A stretch of 64,000 nucleotides of DNA, from positions 202,590 through 266,589 of the forward strand of contig NMRA01000531.1 in NCBI GenBank assembly GCA_002633005.1. Direction: 5' to 3'. The stretch is from Phoronis australis. Lineage: Eukaryota > Animalia > Phoronida. A model generated the notes under the pieces. It searched no databases. It saw nothing but the letters and a program-made list of their open reading frames with translations, and was not told the DNA's origin. The first letter of the stretch is position 1, and the number at the start of each line of letters is the position of its first letter. The position numbers and the translations under genes were made by a program. Positions 1-13,452 of the stretch are shown here, piece after piece.

Positions 1-1719
1 TGTAACATGCAATATTATGGTAATGTGACACTTGTTTTGTTGAATTTTTGTTGGCAAAGGTACACATCAACAAAATTGTGAGTTTGACCTACTTTTCGAA
101 AGGCTGACATGCTTCAGAATGGAGTAGTTTTTGTAAAGAATGGTTTTTGGGACATGACTTGAGCTTTTCAATTTTTATGTATACATTGCAACTCAAGAGT
201 ATGGGTATCAGAATGACAACTGGCAAATTTAAGCTTAAAAGAGTATAAATTACTTAGAATCTTGGTAAGAATTATTAGTCTTCTTGCATGATATTGGACA
301 CATCACCTGATCAGTGGTCTAACAAGATCCCTCTTCTGGCCAGGGGTTCAAATCTGTGATATTCTCCTTATTGTACAAACACTAGTCCGCTACGGTATCG
401 TGACAACCAGTCGATGGCTTGAATTCAATCAGACTCAGTTGGAGACATCTTACGTGGCCATAGATATAAAAGCTATCTTGTGCTGTTCTAAATCGTGATA
501 TGACCAACACATGGCGTGTAAGAAGTCTTACTAACTGTCATTCTCTACTTATTTTGTGTAAAAATAATTGCCAAAATGGCCTTTTTCCCATTTTGTCAAG
601 TGCTGGTTACATTACTGCAAAAAGTTGATTTCAACATCAGTACCAACTATGATGGTTACAGACTAAAATTTTCTGAATCTATTTTTGTGGAGAAATTTGA
701 CTAAACGGAATTTCACTTGTCAGTCATGCTGTTTGCTAAATCTGAAAAATTACCCTTTACCATATCAACAGGTTTATTTATAACAGCACAAATAAACGTT
801 CAAGCCAAATGCCCTAATGTTGTGGCATAGAACCAGAAAAGGTGCTGGGGTTTTCCAGAAAGTCTCCATGCCTTGTTAGCTTTGTAGCCTGGCTATCGGC
901 CTTTGAACTAATAAAAATGACAAACTTGTCTATTGTTCCTGGGTGAAATTAGTTAATAATTACTTTAGTTATATTGAGCATGACAATGTGTACTATGTGA
1001 TGTAGCGACATTGACTGTAAACTTTGCTATCTGCATGATGTTCAGCTCTGCCAGGCAGGTGATTGTTGGTATCACTGTCAAAATGTAGACTGTGGTCAGA
1101 AGTCGCTCCTTTCTGGGTCATGCACAGTGAAACCCTCCTATCATTATTGTCTTGACCTGGTTGAGGAGTGCTATGGTTCTGTTGCCCCCATTTAAAGGTT
1201 GGATCAGTAATTTATGTCTTTTATGGGATAATCTAACAGTGCTTGTGAGTTGACAAATCTTTGGATTTGGCCAAACCTGTACAAAACTATAAATTTTAAC
1301 TCTGTAAAAGTATGTATATCTCAAAAACTTACTGTTACTGTGTTTTACAATATTTTCTTTTCTTTTCATGCAACTTGGAGCATTTTGGAGAAGAATGCAT
1401 CAAGCACAGTATCTGAAAGTTTCACATTAATATGATGAGCCATCTCTGAGATATGGTGTTGTGAAGTTAGCCAAATTTGGGCGTTCTTTTGGGGCCTACG
1501 TAACCTAAGAGTAGACAAAAATGTTCAAATGCTATTTGAACAGAGATTTTTATCTTACGAGCATAGCTTATTAAAAGTTGGTTTTGAAACTTAAATAAAT
1601 TCCAAGGCACTCATGTTTATGTAAAGTAGCAAGTTAGAAGCAACAATTCTATCAATGTTTACCAACGGTGATGTTATTATGCACATTGGCACAGGTTAGA
1701 TGAGCTATTGTGAACTCTG

Positions 1720-2259
1720 AAGCATGTTAAATGGAGTGAGCGCCCGCGAGCGATTTGAGCGCCCTCATCTTGAACAGCTGTGTTTACGTTAGCGCTCGTA
1801 AGTGCTCGCAAACAACCTCGAGAGCATGTTCGCTTAGATTTCCAAGATGGCGTCCTGCCGCGAAGGCTTCACGTCTGCAACATATGAACCCATTATGGTT
1901 CTGCAACACGAAAACTAAACTCAAAAGTTGACCGACTCGTCCGAAAGTGCGACTTAAATTGCGGGTCTCTGTAGCGAGGAACAGTTTCCTTGACGTAATT
2001 TTTTATTCTTGTCATTCCAAAGCCTTCACAGTTGTTGTCTTGGGCTGCCGATGTTAATATAGGCAAAGATTAATCATAGCCATCGCTCAGTACGCTATAG
2101 GAAGGACTGTTAGTGTTAAGCTCCTCGGCTATGACGTTCAACACTATCTGCTTCAGAGTCGCCATACTGGATCGCACAGTGAGCGCTCACAGCTGTTCAG
2201 GAGCTGTTCCTTGTGTTCGCGAGTACACGCTAGCGGGCACTCCTCTGTTGAACACGCTT
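1720..2259 (-). mobile_element. PIF/Harbinger-derived MITE, copy A
   Basis: TIRs AAGC(A/G)TGTT..GAGTGAGCGCCCGC; CTG on both flanks (1717-1719, 2260-2262); reverse complement of copy B over its whole length. Confidence 0.75.
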
Positions 2260-2762
2260 CTGGTCTAATGACAAAATACAAGTTAAAGCGGCATATTTCT
2301 TTACGTCCAGAGATTTCCTTGTTTTTTCTCGCACTATATTTACTGTTCAATGTTGTCGTTATGGAGATTAGGTAAAAAAGCATACCGTTAGTTTGTCCTG
2401 GCTTGTGCCCCGATTCATTTTGAAACTTGTGGTCACTAATATAACGCGTCTGCTCTCATTAATTTCTGACAAGGTCTCCAATTTTTTTAAAAGCCCCACA
2501 GAACAATGTCTTACAGCAACACTACTAGTAAGATTATTGTGGATAGTAAACAATAAACAATGTATATGTTAGAGTTGTCAGTGTTTGTTGCTTCTTTATA
2601 ACGTTCTACGCAATGAAGAGCCTTGGTCATGTTTACTTTTTATCAAGAAAAGTTGGCTGAGGAAAAACAGGATTGTTGTTTCTAACTGCAGTCATTCACC
2701 AATAACAACCATCTGATAGGCTAGATTCCCAGTAAGTGTGTGTATATTCATAGGTTGAGCAG

Positions 2763-3308
2763 AAGCGTGTTCAACAGAGTGAGCGCCCGCTAGCGTGTAC
2801 TCGCGAACACAAGGAACAGCTGCTGAACAGCTGTGAGCGCTCACTGTGCGATCCAGTATGGCGACTCTGAAGCAGATTGTGTTGAACGTGTTAGCCGATG
2901 AGCTTAACACTAACAGTCCTTCCTATGGCGTACTGAGCGATAAATATGATTAATCTTTTCCAATAATTATTAATATCGGCAGCCCAATTGACAACAACCA
3001 TGAAGGCTTTGGCCCGACAAGAATCGGAAATTACGTCGAGGAAACTGTTCCTCGCTACAGCGACCCGCAATTTAAGTCGCAGTTTCGGATGATTCGGTCA
3101 ACTTTTGAGGTTAGTTTTCGTGTTGCAGAACCATAATGGGTTCATATATGTTGCAGACGTGAAGCCTTCGCAGGACGCCATCTTGGAAATCTAAGCGAAC
3201 ATGCTCTCGAGGTTGTTCGCGAGCGCTCGCGAGCGCTAACGTGAACACAGCTGTTCAGGACGAGGGCGCTCAAATCGCTCGCGGGCGCTCACTCTATTGA
3301 ACACGCTT
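2763..3308 (+). mobile_element. PIF/Harbinger-derived MITE, copy B
   Basis: TIRs aagcgtgttcaacagagtgagcgcccgc / gcgggcgctcactctattgaacacgctt; flanked by CAG and CTG; internal remnant PTRIGNYVEETVPRYSDPQFKSQFRMIRSTFE (~3014-3109) resembles the N-terminus of Harbinger transposases. Confidence 0.75.
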
Positions 3309-5007
3309 CTGGTGAAACAACTCCAAATTGTGTTGCTTGCCAATTAAGGAGCTGTTTTAAGAACCACCAAATCTACACAAAAATATGCTGTTGTTTAAAA
3401 CATCATATTTAATCCACGTGTGCTCGTTTATTGATCAAAATTGTGTTTAGCATTCAGTATCATCAAACTTATTTTACCGAGTAAAACCATTTCCACTAGT
3501 CATACAGAAATTGAGGCTCTAAACATTACTTGTTTACCGGTATATTGCAAGCTTGTAACACATTCTGTACAATTTTATGTATCTAAAACTTGAAATTTGG
3601 AAATCATTTTCGTAAACTATTTCTCTGTATGGGAGCTCACAAAATGTCACGGATTTGATGACATGTTGATTGGCTTGTGTTGGTGGGGTCTGGAATCGAG
3701 CAAATATCAGTCAGAGACCCCACCTAGTGGTTACCCCACAAAGGCAGACAAATAAGGTGTTAAATGTCACCACTTGCAGCTGAGACATAAGTGTGTGTAA
3801 ATGATTTACTACGGTAAAAACCTCACACACACTCCTTCCCCTACCTGGTTGACATGAGCTATGCCCTCGACGTGAGCACCCCCATGGGTGATTTGAAACT
3901 GCTGATCTTCTGTACATTTTTCTTTTTAATGATTTGTGTAAGCTGGTGTTCTCCAGTGTTGAGTGATCTTGGATAAGATAATATTGAAAGTGCAACGGGC
4001 ATACAGGTAATTAAATCATACAATGAAATTTAGTTTTTCATTAATGTATTCAGCTCATTTTCTTGATCTGGGTCAATTTTTGATTTCCCAACTAAGATGG
4101 TGGGTCAGTCATAGGTTAATTTTTATATTAAGTGCGAAAATTAAGCTTTGCTGATGGGAGGATTTGTAATCTCCAGTTTACACAATTTGAAATGTGACTT
4201 TTGTGGAGTGTATGGAATAGTGTTTCAACTAATATCACTGACACACTGTTTCATAACTGTTCAAGGTGAGCCACTTTGTTCCAGTAAACACATCAAGGAG
4301 TGGCTCTTTTACTGTTCTGCTCGGGGATATGACCCATATTCAGCTTAACGCCCACCAATGTAATTTCCAAATTTTCAGTGTTAAGCACTCATTCATGACT
4401 TTACGGCTACCTTCACTTTATTCTTTTAAGACTTCCTTGAAAGCACTCGTGCCTGTGAATCCCCATCTTAAACAAATCTTAACTCCTGACTTGTACATAA
4501 TTTACTTGCGGTGCCTTTAAAGAACAGTACAGTCAGATATTCAGCGGTATCTTACTCTATTCAGATGGGAAAAGACCACTCTACTAATGTTTCATTAGAA
4601 TACATTTTGCATGCGAGTCTGACACTTCGGCCCAAATGGAGTGTTTGGGTGAACAAGTGTTTCCTTTAATCACTCATCTGGCTTAATGCCCACCCCTGGA
4701 TATTTCCATTAACTGGTCCAATTTCAGTGTTCTGGACTTGAACGTGTATGATTAAGGTAGAGCTTGATAAGGTGACAATGACTACAGCATCCTAACAATA
4801 GCTTATGAGCTTTTTGAACATATTCCAGTTGGTAAATTGTTTTGGCCAAAGCATTCTAGGCCCTTTCTGTCGTCATTTAATGGTCATGGAAAAAATGTGA
4901 GTACCAAAACAGCGTCAACAGTGAGATCCATTGTTTCGGACGTCCTTGGTCCTGTTGTATTATTGATTATATGTCACACCTTCACGGCCTGTTGTTGTTT
5001 GTTGTAG

Positions 5008-5174
5008 CGTCGTCTTGCAAGGTGCACGTGGACTATGAATACACGGCTGAGCAGGAAGATGAGTTAACTTTGAAGGTAGGGGATATAATTAGCAATGTGA
5101 AGAAGGAAGATGGTGGCTGGTGGGAGGGTGAACTCAATGGCAAGGTGGGCATGTTCCCTGACAACTTTGTCACG
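5008..5174 (+). CDS. SH3KBP1: CIN85/CD2AP-family adaptor, coding exon 1 in this window: SH3 domain A
   Basis: tgtag|CG acceptor (phase 1), ACG|gtgagt donor (phase 0); encodes [55 protein letters not shown], a canonical SH3 domain. Confidence 0.93.
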
Positions 5175-5922
5175 GTGAGTTGGTCGCATTTCTACTTCAT
5201 GAGTTGTCAGTTTATCAACCTATTGAACAAGGCTTGGCATAGTATTAGGTTTCCTAATTAACAGTTAACAGAGGAAAATGAAACAAAATCAGTTATCGAT
5301 TCCTCTCATCATGCTGAAAGTTTGTAAAGCTGAGTAGCACCTCAAATTACACCCTCTGCACTTTGCTTTCATATCGGAGTTAAGTTGTTATGAAATGGCC
5401 TACACACAGACACACCAGTGTTTTTAACCACAACGGAAAACCTGAAAATCTTAGAAGTGTGCAAATGCAACAAATTTGCCGTAAGCGACTTAAGCTCCAC
5501 CTAACGTTCTCCATGCAAATTTACTTGCCTTGTTAACTACATGGCATTTATTCAGTTCTAATGGGTAGTGTCCAGTAGTTGCTTAGCCTAATTTAAGCAC
5601 CAAAAACTTTGTAGTGTTGTCCACATTAAGAACTCCACTGAAGTTTTCGTTTGTTGTACATCACTTGGGAGGTCCAAGGCATACGCTTTTACAATAGTTA
5701 ACTTTTGACAAGAAAGAAGAATTTAGTTATGTGTTTTTAGGGTGAGTTGGTTAAACTGGTATTACTAGAAACTTGCTGTTATTTGTGTGTCGGTGTTTCT
5801 TCTTAAAAGTGCACTCTGCCCTCTTTAGCCGGCTAAATAGAGCAGAGTGCAGCTCTACGTGTAGTTTGAAGTTTGGAATAGTCTTATCGCTGCTAAATCC
5901 ATCTGGTCTGTGTTGTACTTAG

Positions 5923-6067
5923 GAGATGAAGGAGCCTGTGGAGGTGAAGAAGACTGAGAAGAAGGAACAGCGTCACAGCCAACATGGGGCCCACATCACA
6001 GCATTACAGGACAAACTGGGCAAGGGGCTGGCATTGGCTGGGCCACAGGCGCAGGTCAAGCATAGAG
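5923..6067 (+). CDS. SH3KBP1: CIN85/CD2AP-like exon 2 (SH3A-SH3B linker)
   Basis: cttag|GAG acceptor (phase 0), AGAG|gtcagc donor (phase 1); EMKEPVEVKK...QVKHR; phases match both neighbours. Confidence 0.8.
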
Positions 6068-6331
6068 GTCAGCGGTTCCAATCAATCACTTGTGATCGCA
6101 CTGTACTTTTGACTATTCCTTTAACTGTTGAAATGTGGTGGCCCCTGCAGGGGTATGTGAAATGAAAGTTTAGGGGCAGATGTTGCACCTTTTGGTATTC
6201 AAAAACAGAGTAAAGTGTCTCAGAAGTAGTACTCCACCACTTCCTTATATTTTCTCAAGACCAACATGTTTTGCTGTAGACTTGATCAATCAGTTCAATA
6301 TTGCATCATTGGGTTGGTAGTTGAAAATGCT

Positions 6332-9008
6332 GGACTCAACTAAGTACCCTAAATCTAATTTGTGTATTTGTTTGGTTCTTTACTCTCAGATGTAATATTT
6401 TTTATCATTGTATCTTTATTATGAGCTCCTCGATCTCTGATTAGTGACATTTTTAGATAATTAAAAACTGAGCCTGTAATTGAGTCATAATAATTAAGGA
6501 CTTAGTCTTTAAATTAAGGGCGTTGCATGAAAAGCTCCCTACATATTTTCATTAATATTGAGAATTGAAGGTAGAGTTCACTTTCAATTAGTATCAAAGA
6601 CAAAAATAGACTTAGTAATGAGACTCTAACAGCATGAGAAAGGACAATTGGTGTATTCACAAGCTAGTCGGTGGGCCAGATTTTGTAGGGCCTCTAGAAA
6701 ATGGTTTTTGTGAGTACTTTAGGGAGGCAATTTTATTTTGGTGTTTTTTAATTCATTTATTAGAGTGTTTTCAAAATCTAAAAAGTTCCCACACATAAAG
6801 TTGCACATTTTTGAGAAATTTGAGTTTGAAGTTACCTAATAATCACCAAAAGAGCTTAGTAAACTTATATTTGTAAAAACAACAGTGTTTTGGTGACTTT
6901 TTTGTAAAACAAGTAATATGGTCCCATCAGTGCCATTGTATTGAACAATATTACACTCACATTACATGTTTTACTATTGTAAATTAATTGTAAACAGTGA
7001 AATTTAAAAAAACGTAAAGAGACACCTAGTGGCAAAAATGCCATGAATGTTACTAGGAAGTTATTCTGGCATTGTCAGGCAACAAAAATAACACAAAACA
7101 CTTGAGACTGGGCAAAATTTGTGCCTCAATGACTAAAACAATGACTAACGGTGTAAAATACAGCTTGTTTGCATAATACACCAGAAACACGTTATAGTAC
7201 AAAAACAATATAGTTGAATGATCTCTGTGAATGTGCACAAAGACTGTATGAAAATAATAGATTATTCTAACAGCGTTTATCAAGCAGTATGAGACAAATA
7301 CATGACAATGATCAAAGTATGTACTTTCTATGACTTAATCAACAAATAAAATTAACTTTTTAATACAAAAAAGGAAATAACGGGGTTGNNNNNNNNNNNN
7401 NNNNNNNNNNNNNNNNNNNNNNNNNNNNNNNNNNNNNNNNNNNNNNNNNNNNNNNNNNNNNNNNNNNNNNNNNNNNNNNNNNNNNNNNNNNNNNNNNNNN
7501 NNNNNNNNNNNNNNNNNNNNNNNNNNNNNNNNNNNNNNNNNNNNNNNNNNNNNNNNNNNNNNNNNNNNNNNNNNNNNNNNNNNNNNNNNNNNNNNNNNNN
7601 NNNNNNNNNNNNNNNNNNNNNNNNNNNNNNNNNNNNNNNNNNNNNNNNNNNNNNNNNNNNNNNNNNNNNNNNNNNNNNNNNNNNNNNNNNNNNNNNNNNN
7701 NNNNNNNNNNNNNNNNNNNNNNNNNNNNNNNNNNNNNNNNNNNNNNNNNNNNNNNNNNNNNNNNNNNNNNNNNNNNNNNNNNNNNNNNNNNNNNNNNNNN
7801 NNNNNNNNNNNNNNNNNNNNNNNNNNNNNNNNNNNNNNNNNNNNNNNNNNNNNNNNNNNNNNNNNNNNNNNNNNNNNNNNNNNNNNNNNNNNNNNNNNNN
7901 NNNNNNNNNNNNNNNNNNNNNNNNNNNNNNNNNNNNNNNNNNNNNNNNNNNNNNNNNNNNNNNNNNNNNNNNNNNNNNNNNNNNNNNNNNNNNNNNNNNN
8001 NNNNNNNNNNNNNNNNNNNNNNNNNNNNNNNNNNNNNNNNNNNNNNNNNNNNNNNNNNNNNNNNNNNNNNNNNNNNNNNNNNNNNNNNNNNNNNNNNNNN
8101 NNNNNNNNNNNNNNNNNNNNNNNNNNNNNNNNNNNNNNNNNNNNNNNNNNNNNNNNNNNNNNNNNNNNNNNNNNNNNNNNNNNNNNNNNNNNNNNNNNNN
8201 NNNNNNNNNNNNNNNNNNNNNNNNNNNNNNNNNNNNNNNNNNNNNNNNNNNNNNNNNNNNNNNNNNNNNNNNNNNNNNNNNNNNNNNNNNNNNNNNNNNN
8301 NNNNNNNNNNNNNNNNNNNNNNNNNNNNNNNNNNNNAATTGATTTTCTTGGGAAATCTTGGATAACATCTGTATCACTTTCAGCAACTTCAGCTTTAGTA
8401 CTACTGTTGGTGCCTTGAAACGTTGCTATGCCGTTCTATGTCCTTTCAATTTTTTGGTCTGACACTTGGTCTTCTAGTCTACAGCACTCAGCAGTATACT
8501 GTAGGCTACCAGGACATGCAGCTGTTTTCTGCACAAACGTTTGTGATACCTCTTCTTCTTTTTGATCTACTGATCTACAGAGTTCCACAGTCAATCAGCT
8601 TTCGTCAGGAAGCTTTCCTAAGCTTCTTTAGGCTCTGACATCGCAATTTTGTGCTGTTTGATAAACCTTGAATTGTACAGGCATCACACTCCATGGGAGC
8701 AGCCATATTGAAGTAACTAAGCACAACAATACAATCTGGCTCTTTGATTGGTCAATTCAATAGAAAAGCGCCATCAAGTGGCAGTAATGTGCATCATATT
8801 TTGTGCAACAAAAACACCTTTTTTTAAAAAAAATGTGCAAGTGTAGGCGTGGGAACTTTTTGGAATTTGATTTATAGGTATATTATCTAGCCACATAGAA
8901 AAAACTAGGTTGCCCCCCCAAAGTACTCACAAGGATGAACGCTATGAGATCTGGCCCACCGACTAAGCCCACAAATATGCAGTAGATTTAGGGAACTTAG
9001 TTGAGTCC
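6332..9008. mobile_element. Small MITE interrupted by the Academ-like element
   Basis: Inverted termini ggactcaactaagtaccctaaatcta (from 6332) / tagatttagggaacttagttgagtcc (to 9008). Confidence 0.55.
6665..8965. mobile_element. Non-autonomous DNA transposon, Academ-like (contains the N gap at ~7389-8337)
   Basis: TIR tagtcggtgggccagat / atctggcccaccgacta with further subterminal inverted matches; 3-bp TSD AGC (6662-6664, 8966-8968); TAG...CTA ends fit Academ. Confidence 0.65.
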
Positions 9009-9180
9009 CTGTTTGGGACTGTTTCTTGCATCCGGGCACTGTTGCCTTCTCAAGTCATTTAAGTGCTCTGTATTAAAAAATACGCTCATTTGTTTGGATC
9101 TTATCTCGGTACCAATCAGTGAAAATCCAACTGTTTGGTGCTGAACTTCAATCATAGTGTTCTCTCGTCTTCCCCATCAG

Positions 9181-9293
9181 ATGACTCGAGCTCAAGGCAT
9201 CACAAACGAGCCAAGGTGGCATTCAGTTACTCAGCTGACAATGAGGATGAGATCAGTCTAGAGCCTGGGACGACTGTGGAAATAATCAAAGAG
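9181..9293 (+). CDS. SH3KBP1: CIN85/CD2AP-like exon 3: SH3 domain B, first half
   Basis: Pyrimidine tract and catcag| acceptor (phase 1), GAG|gtctgt donor (phase 0); RAKVAFSYSADNEDEISLEPGTTVEIIKE. Confidence 0.9.
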
Positions 9294-9686
9294 GTCTGTT
9301 TTGCTGTCACTCTTCAATACAAGTTAAGACTGCGTTTGAACTTCAAAGTCTCTCTTGGTTAACATACCTGAAAATTTTGAACGAAGACGAATTTCATGTT
9401 TGCAGGTTCTTCATGTTTTATTGGACACTTGGAATGGAATTGTGTAATGGAGTAGTGGGTAGAGTAGTAATGATTGAATTCTACTTGTAATTTTGACTCA
9501 CAAGTCAGTGTATTGAATTTGATTACCATGTGAAGCATTCAGAGTAACTAGCGTGTATGCTGCAATCAATAGGGGGTTCACTTTACTGCTCGCATGTTGG
9601 TCATATATCTAGCTGTAGGAAAGTTAACTTTGTAAAATACACTCTGGTAAATGAGTCAAATTGGGTATGGCAATTTATCGTTACAG

Positions 9687-9767
9687 CTGTTGTGGTACGC
9701 ACCCCACAGTACCGTACTGCAAATTGTTGTGGTACGCACCCCACAGTACCGTACTGCAAATTGTTGT
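9687..9767. repeat. 37-bp tandem duplication (~2.2 copies)
   Basis: ttgttgtggtacgcaccccacagtaccgtactgcaaa repeated. Confidence 0.85.
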
Positions 9768-9832
9768 GATAATTTGCAAAATGCATGTTTATTTGTTGAA
9801 ATTTATCAAAGTGGTACACTCTTCTTCCTCAG

Positions 9833-9935
9833 GAGGAAGAAGGCTGGTATCTTGGTATAGCTAAAGGCAAGCAAGGGCTGTTCCCGTCTAATTTTGTGGA
9901 AGTGATCGAAGATGAAACCCCAACAGAAATTAAAG
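9833..9935 (+). CDS. SH3KBP1: CIN85/CD2AP-like exon 4: SH3 domain B, second half
   Basis: cttcctcag|GAG acceptor (phase 0), AAAG|gtagca donor (phase 1); EEEGWYLGIAKGKQGLFPSNFVEVIEDETPTEIK (not in the ORF track). Confidence 0.92.
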
Positions 9936-10981
9936 GTAGCATACTTCTTTTACTTTTTCTCATAAGAGGGTATCGTTGATTTTTTATAAAAAATTCACGT
10001 TTTATGTTTTGGTCTTTGCAAATCTAGAAATATAAGGGGGTAACAACCGGAACTTTAATTGATGCCTAAACGGTGGAACTTTGGCTAAAATGTGAAATAT
10101 ACATGGGTTACCGAAAAGACATCTCTGATTACATTAATGATTGGAATCCTTTTGAAAACCAATTAATTTTTTATAAATTTCAGATTTTTGGTTTTAGCGA
10201 CTTATTATATTTCCTGGTATACTGATTTTGTTTACGTTGACTTAAGTAAAAGTTTTTCTTGAATTAGAGTTCCTCAAATTCAAGCCTTTTGGCTTCTATG
10301 CAGGTTAGTACATGGTAAATTTGTTTGATGTTTTTTTCTTAGCGAAAGTTTTGTCCACGAAATATGAACATTGATTAGGGGGTCATCGGGTTCGTTTTTG
10401 AGCTGTTTTAGCTTAGCAACGTCTCATAAGAATGTTTAGTTTGATCTCCCTAAAAGCGTGAAAACCTGATGCGTGCTGGTCACTAAGTTAGCATAATGCG
10501 CCAGATTCCTGAAACTCACAGAAACCTGCCCTGTAGTTGTCAGGGTCTTCATGAGAGAGGTTTTCAACTCTGCCAGTTTCTTTCAGGATTATGTACAAAC
10601 TTGTCCATTTTTTGCATGCTATTTCAGTTAGACATGTAACAGGACCATCTAAATGTGCTTGCTTCTTTAAGTGATAAAATACTTAGCTGATATGATAATT
10701 TTAGACACCAACTCATTAGTTACCTGTGGTCATCATAGCTGTCCCTCCTTTTTCTCATTCCCATGTATATACCATATAAAAGTTTTATTTATTTTGAATT
10801 CAGTCTGTAAATCCAATTTGTAAATACTGTTTAATTTTAATGTATCTTAATTTAATCTGTTTATATATCTTACTTTATTTAATTCAACTTTTGCTGCAGA
10901 GGACCATGCTGGATATTAGCCTTTGGCTAAAGCATGTTTGATATCTATTGTATTTTATCCTCTACAAATCAGAGTTTGTTA

Positions 10982-10982
10982 A

Positions 10983-11014
<32 letters not shown>
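10982..11014. repeat. (ATT)n microsatellite
   Basis: About 11 ATT units directly before the HINE-like element. Confidence 0.9.
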
Positions 11015-11015
<1 letters not shown>

Positions 11016-12075
11016 GCGCCCACATATTTATATGTGGACGCATTATGCCGTCATCTCTGTCCGTCCGGGCGGCGTCCGCTGCTCTATCTCCAAAACCCTT
11101 TGACATACGTTCATGAAATTTGGCACATATGTTCCATTCATGAATGGGACGGCATGTGCGAACTTTCGGACGGATCCAACTACCGGTGTGCCCCCTAGTG
11201 GCAATTTTAGTTTTTTACGCTTACCTTTGTATCTTCAAAAGTCCTTAACGGATTTTCATGAAATTTGGTATGTAGGCACCTATTAGTGAGATGACGCTAT
11301 CCTCCCGTTTTCAGATGGATTCGACATAGTTTGCGCCACCTAGTGGCCATTTTTAGTGTTTTCGAGTCTGTTTTTGTGCGTCCACCCCTCTATCAACCAA
11401 ACCGCTCAAAGGATGATTGTGAAAATTGGCATGTATGTGCTTACTATGTAGAGGACGGTTGACGATGATTTTCCGACGATTTCGACTACTGTGGCGCCTC
11501 CTAGTGGCAGTTTTTTTTTTTTGCGCCCATGGCTGTATCTCCCAAACCGTTTGCAGGATCTTTACTAAATTTAGCAAGTGTATTTATGTGATGTTGACAA
11601 CGGACGATGACGACTTTAGGATGATTCTGACTACCGGTATGCCTCTAGTGGCAATTTTAGTATTTGCCTCTAGTGGCAATTTTAGTATTTTACATTGACC
11701 TCTGTATTTTCATAGGTCTTCAGGTGTATACTTTGTGTTACTTCGTGACTATGAAGGAAAAGTTCCAAGTAGAAATTTGTTTCTGGCATTCTAATGCTGT
11801 GCTAATTTCGTATATTGGTAAATTTGTTTTTAATTCTATGTTTCTGTGGTGCTTTAAGCAACTGGTGTATAGGATGTGCTTGTATTATGAAGATTACTCA
11901 CATTTTGCCCCTAGCCTGTTGAGGAGACAATGTTCACGCCTTTCCATTTTGCTAACTACAACATATATATATGCCCTCTACTGGCCACTTTATGGTACCA
12001 ATATACAACCCTAGAAGGATACCGTTTGCAGTGCAATTGTGGGCACATTTCAACGCTCTGCGTTGCTCTTGTTAT
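11012..12075 (+). mobile_element. Helentron/HINE (DINE-1-like) non-autonomous element with internal tandem repeats
   Basis: 5' palindrome (tgcgcccacatatttatatgtggacgca), GTCC run, recurring ctagtggc(a/c)atttt / gaaatttgg core units, 3' stem-loop caacgctctgcgttg; related copies at 50043-51000 and 56575-57048. Confidence 0.65.
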
Positions 12076-12344
12076 TATTTGCTTAGCATGCTTACTTGTT
12101 AAAAAATTGTCGCGCGTTCCAATGATCCATAAACTTTTGACAGTCAGTTTCCAAAGTTAAAAGTAAGAAGTGGTGCTACTACTTTTTGTTAATGTCACAT
12201 GACAGCAACCAAAGGGTTGCACTGTTTCCTATTATTTTTATGTTATTGTAGACAGAGTGCTCTTTTGTGATGTTGACATTACTGTGAGGTGCAGATCCTC
12301 GGTGATTTCCATGTCAATGTTCACCCTGTTGTGTCTGGTTACAG

Positions 12345-12494
12345 AGCCCCCTCGTGAACATCGCCCTCCACCCCCAACTCCTGACAAAGAACCACAGCCT
12401 GAGCCTGAGCCTGAACCTGCCAAACCTAAGAAGATCCAGGGAGTCGGCTTGGGCAATATCTTTAAAGAAGGCCCCATTAAACTTCGGTCTACAG
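12345..12494 (+). CDS. SH3KBP1: CIN85/CD2AP-like exon 5
   Basis: acag| acceptor and ACAG|gttcat donor (phase 1 to 1); PKKIQGVGLGNIFKEGPIKLRST matches the conserved CIN85/CD2AP motif PKKxxGxGxGxIFKxxxxKLR. Confidence 0.9.
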
Positions 12495-13452
12495 GTTCAT
12501 TAATCATATTGCACGCCATTAAGTGCTGATTAGTACAGTGGCATCATTTATCATTCCTCAAAAAGTCAAGTTAGTCACTGCCAAGTTAGGAGTATGTACC
12601 AGGAATTTCTGAAAATAGACCCTAATTGCAAAAGTACGCCTGTGGTTGTTTTTTCGGTAACTGTTTGTGTGTTTTGAAAATTTGATGAATCGTTCTAAAA
12701 TGCGTATATAATATGAATTGAAGGGAAATTTTGTTATTTTGGTAGCACATTTTTGGGATCGCGGTTTTGCTCAAATGACTATCATTTAATGAGATATTCA
12801 TGGGCAACTATGTTCGTAACAAGTCATACTAGCTCAGCATGAAGGAGAGTTTTAACGCATGCGAAATAAGTATGGATGAATAAAATTCTGAGTTGTGAGA
12901 TACAACTACACACATTACAAGTGCTGTTTATCCAAACTGCACAAAAAATTTTGTTGCATCGCTTATGAACTTTTTGCATTTGTTTCTTTGTCAGTACTAA
13001 CCAATGGCCCTTTTAATTTATGGGGCTACTCACATTTACTGAAGGATTTTTCACTTTTACATTCTTTAAAATCAAGTCTCTAATAGATAACAATTGATAA
13101 ATATTTGCTTTAAAACTGCACAATAAAATGTTTGGCACTGTTTTTGAAAATATGCCCCCCTCCATTTCCTAAAATACGCCCGGGTGTATGTTCAGTTTCA
13201 CTTGACGTTTTTGAAAGTTCGTTTTACCGAATATTCGCCCATGGGTCTGTTTTCGGAAATTTTTGTTATTAGTTTACCGTGACGTGCAAAGAGTCTGGTT
13301 ACATACAATGTTTTCAGAGTGACTAGTGGGTTACCTTTATTTTGTTGGAAATGAGAACGACGCTGGAATCTACAGTTTATCAACAGACTTGTGTATGAAA
13401 CCATCTGTGTATTCTTGGACGTTGCTTAACATCATGACTGTCTACACTTCTG

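Noticed and set aside
7352-8386. Long ORFs of 318-344 aa
   Set aside because: They are runs of N (assembly gap); the same applies to the ORFs at 29902-30381.
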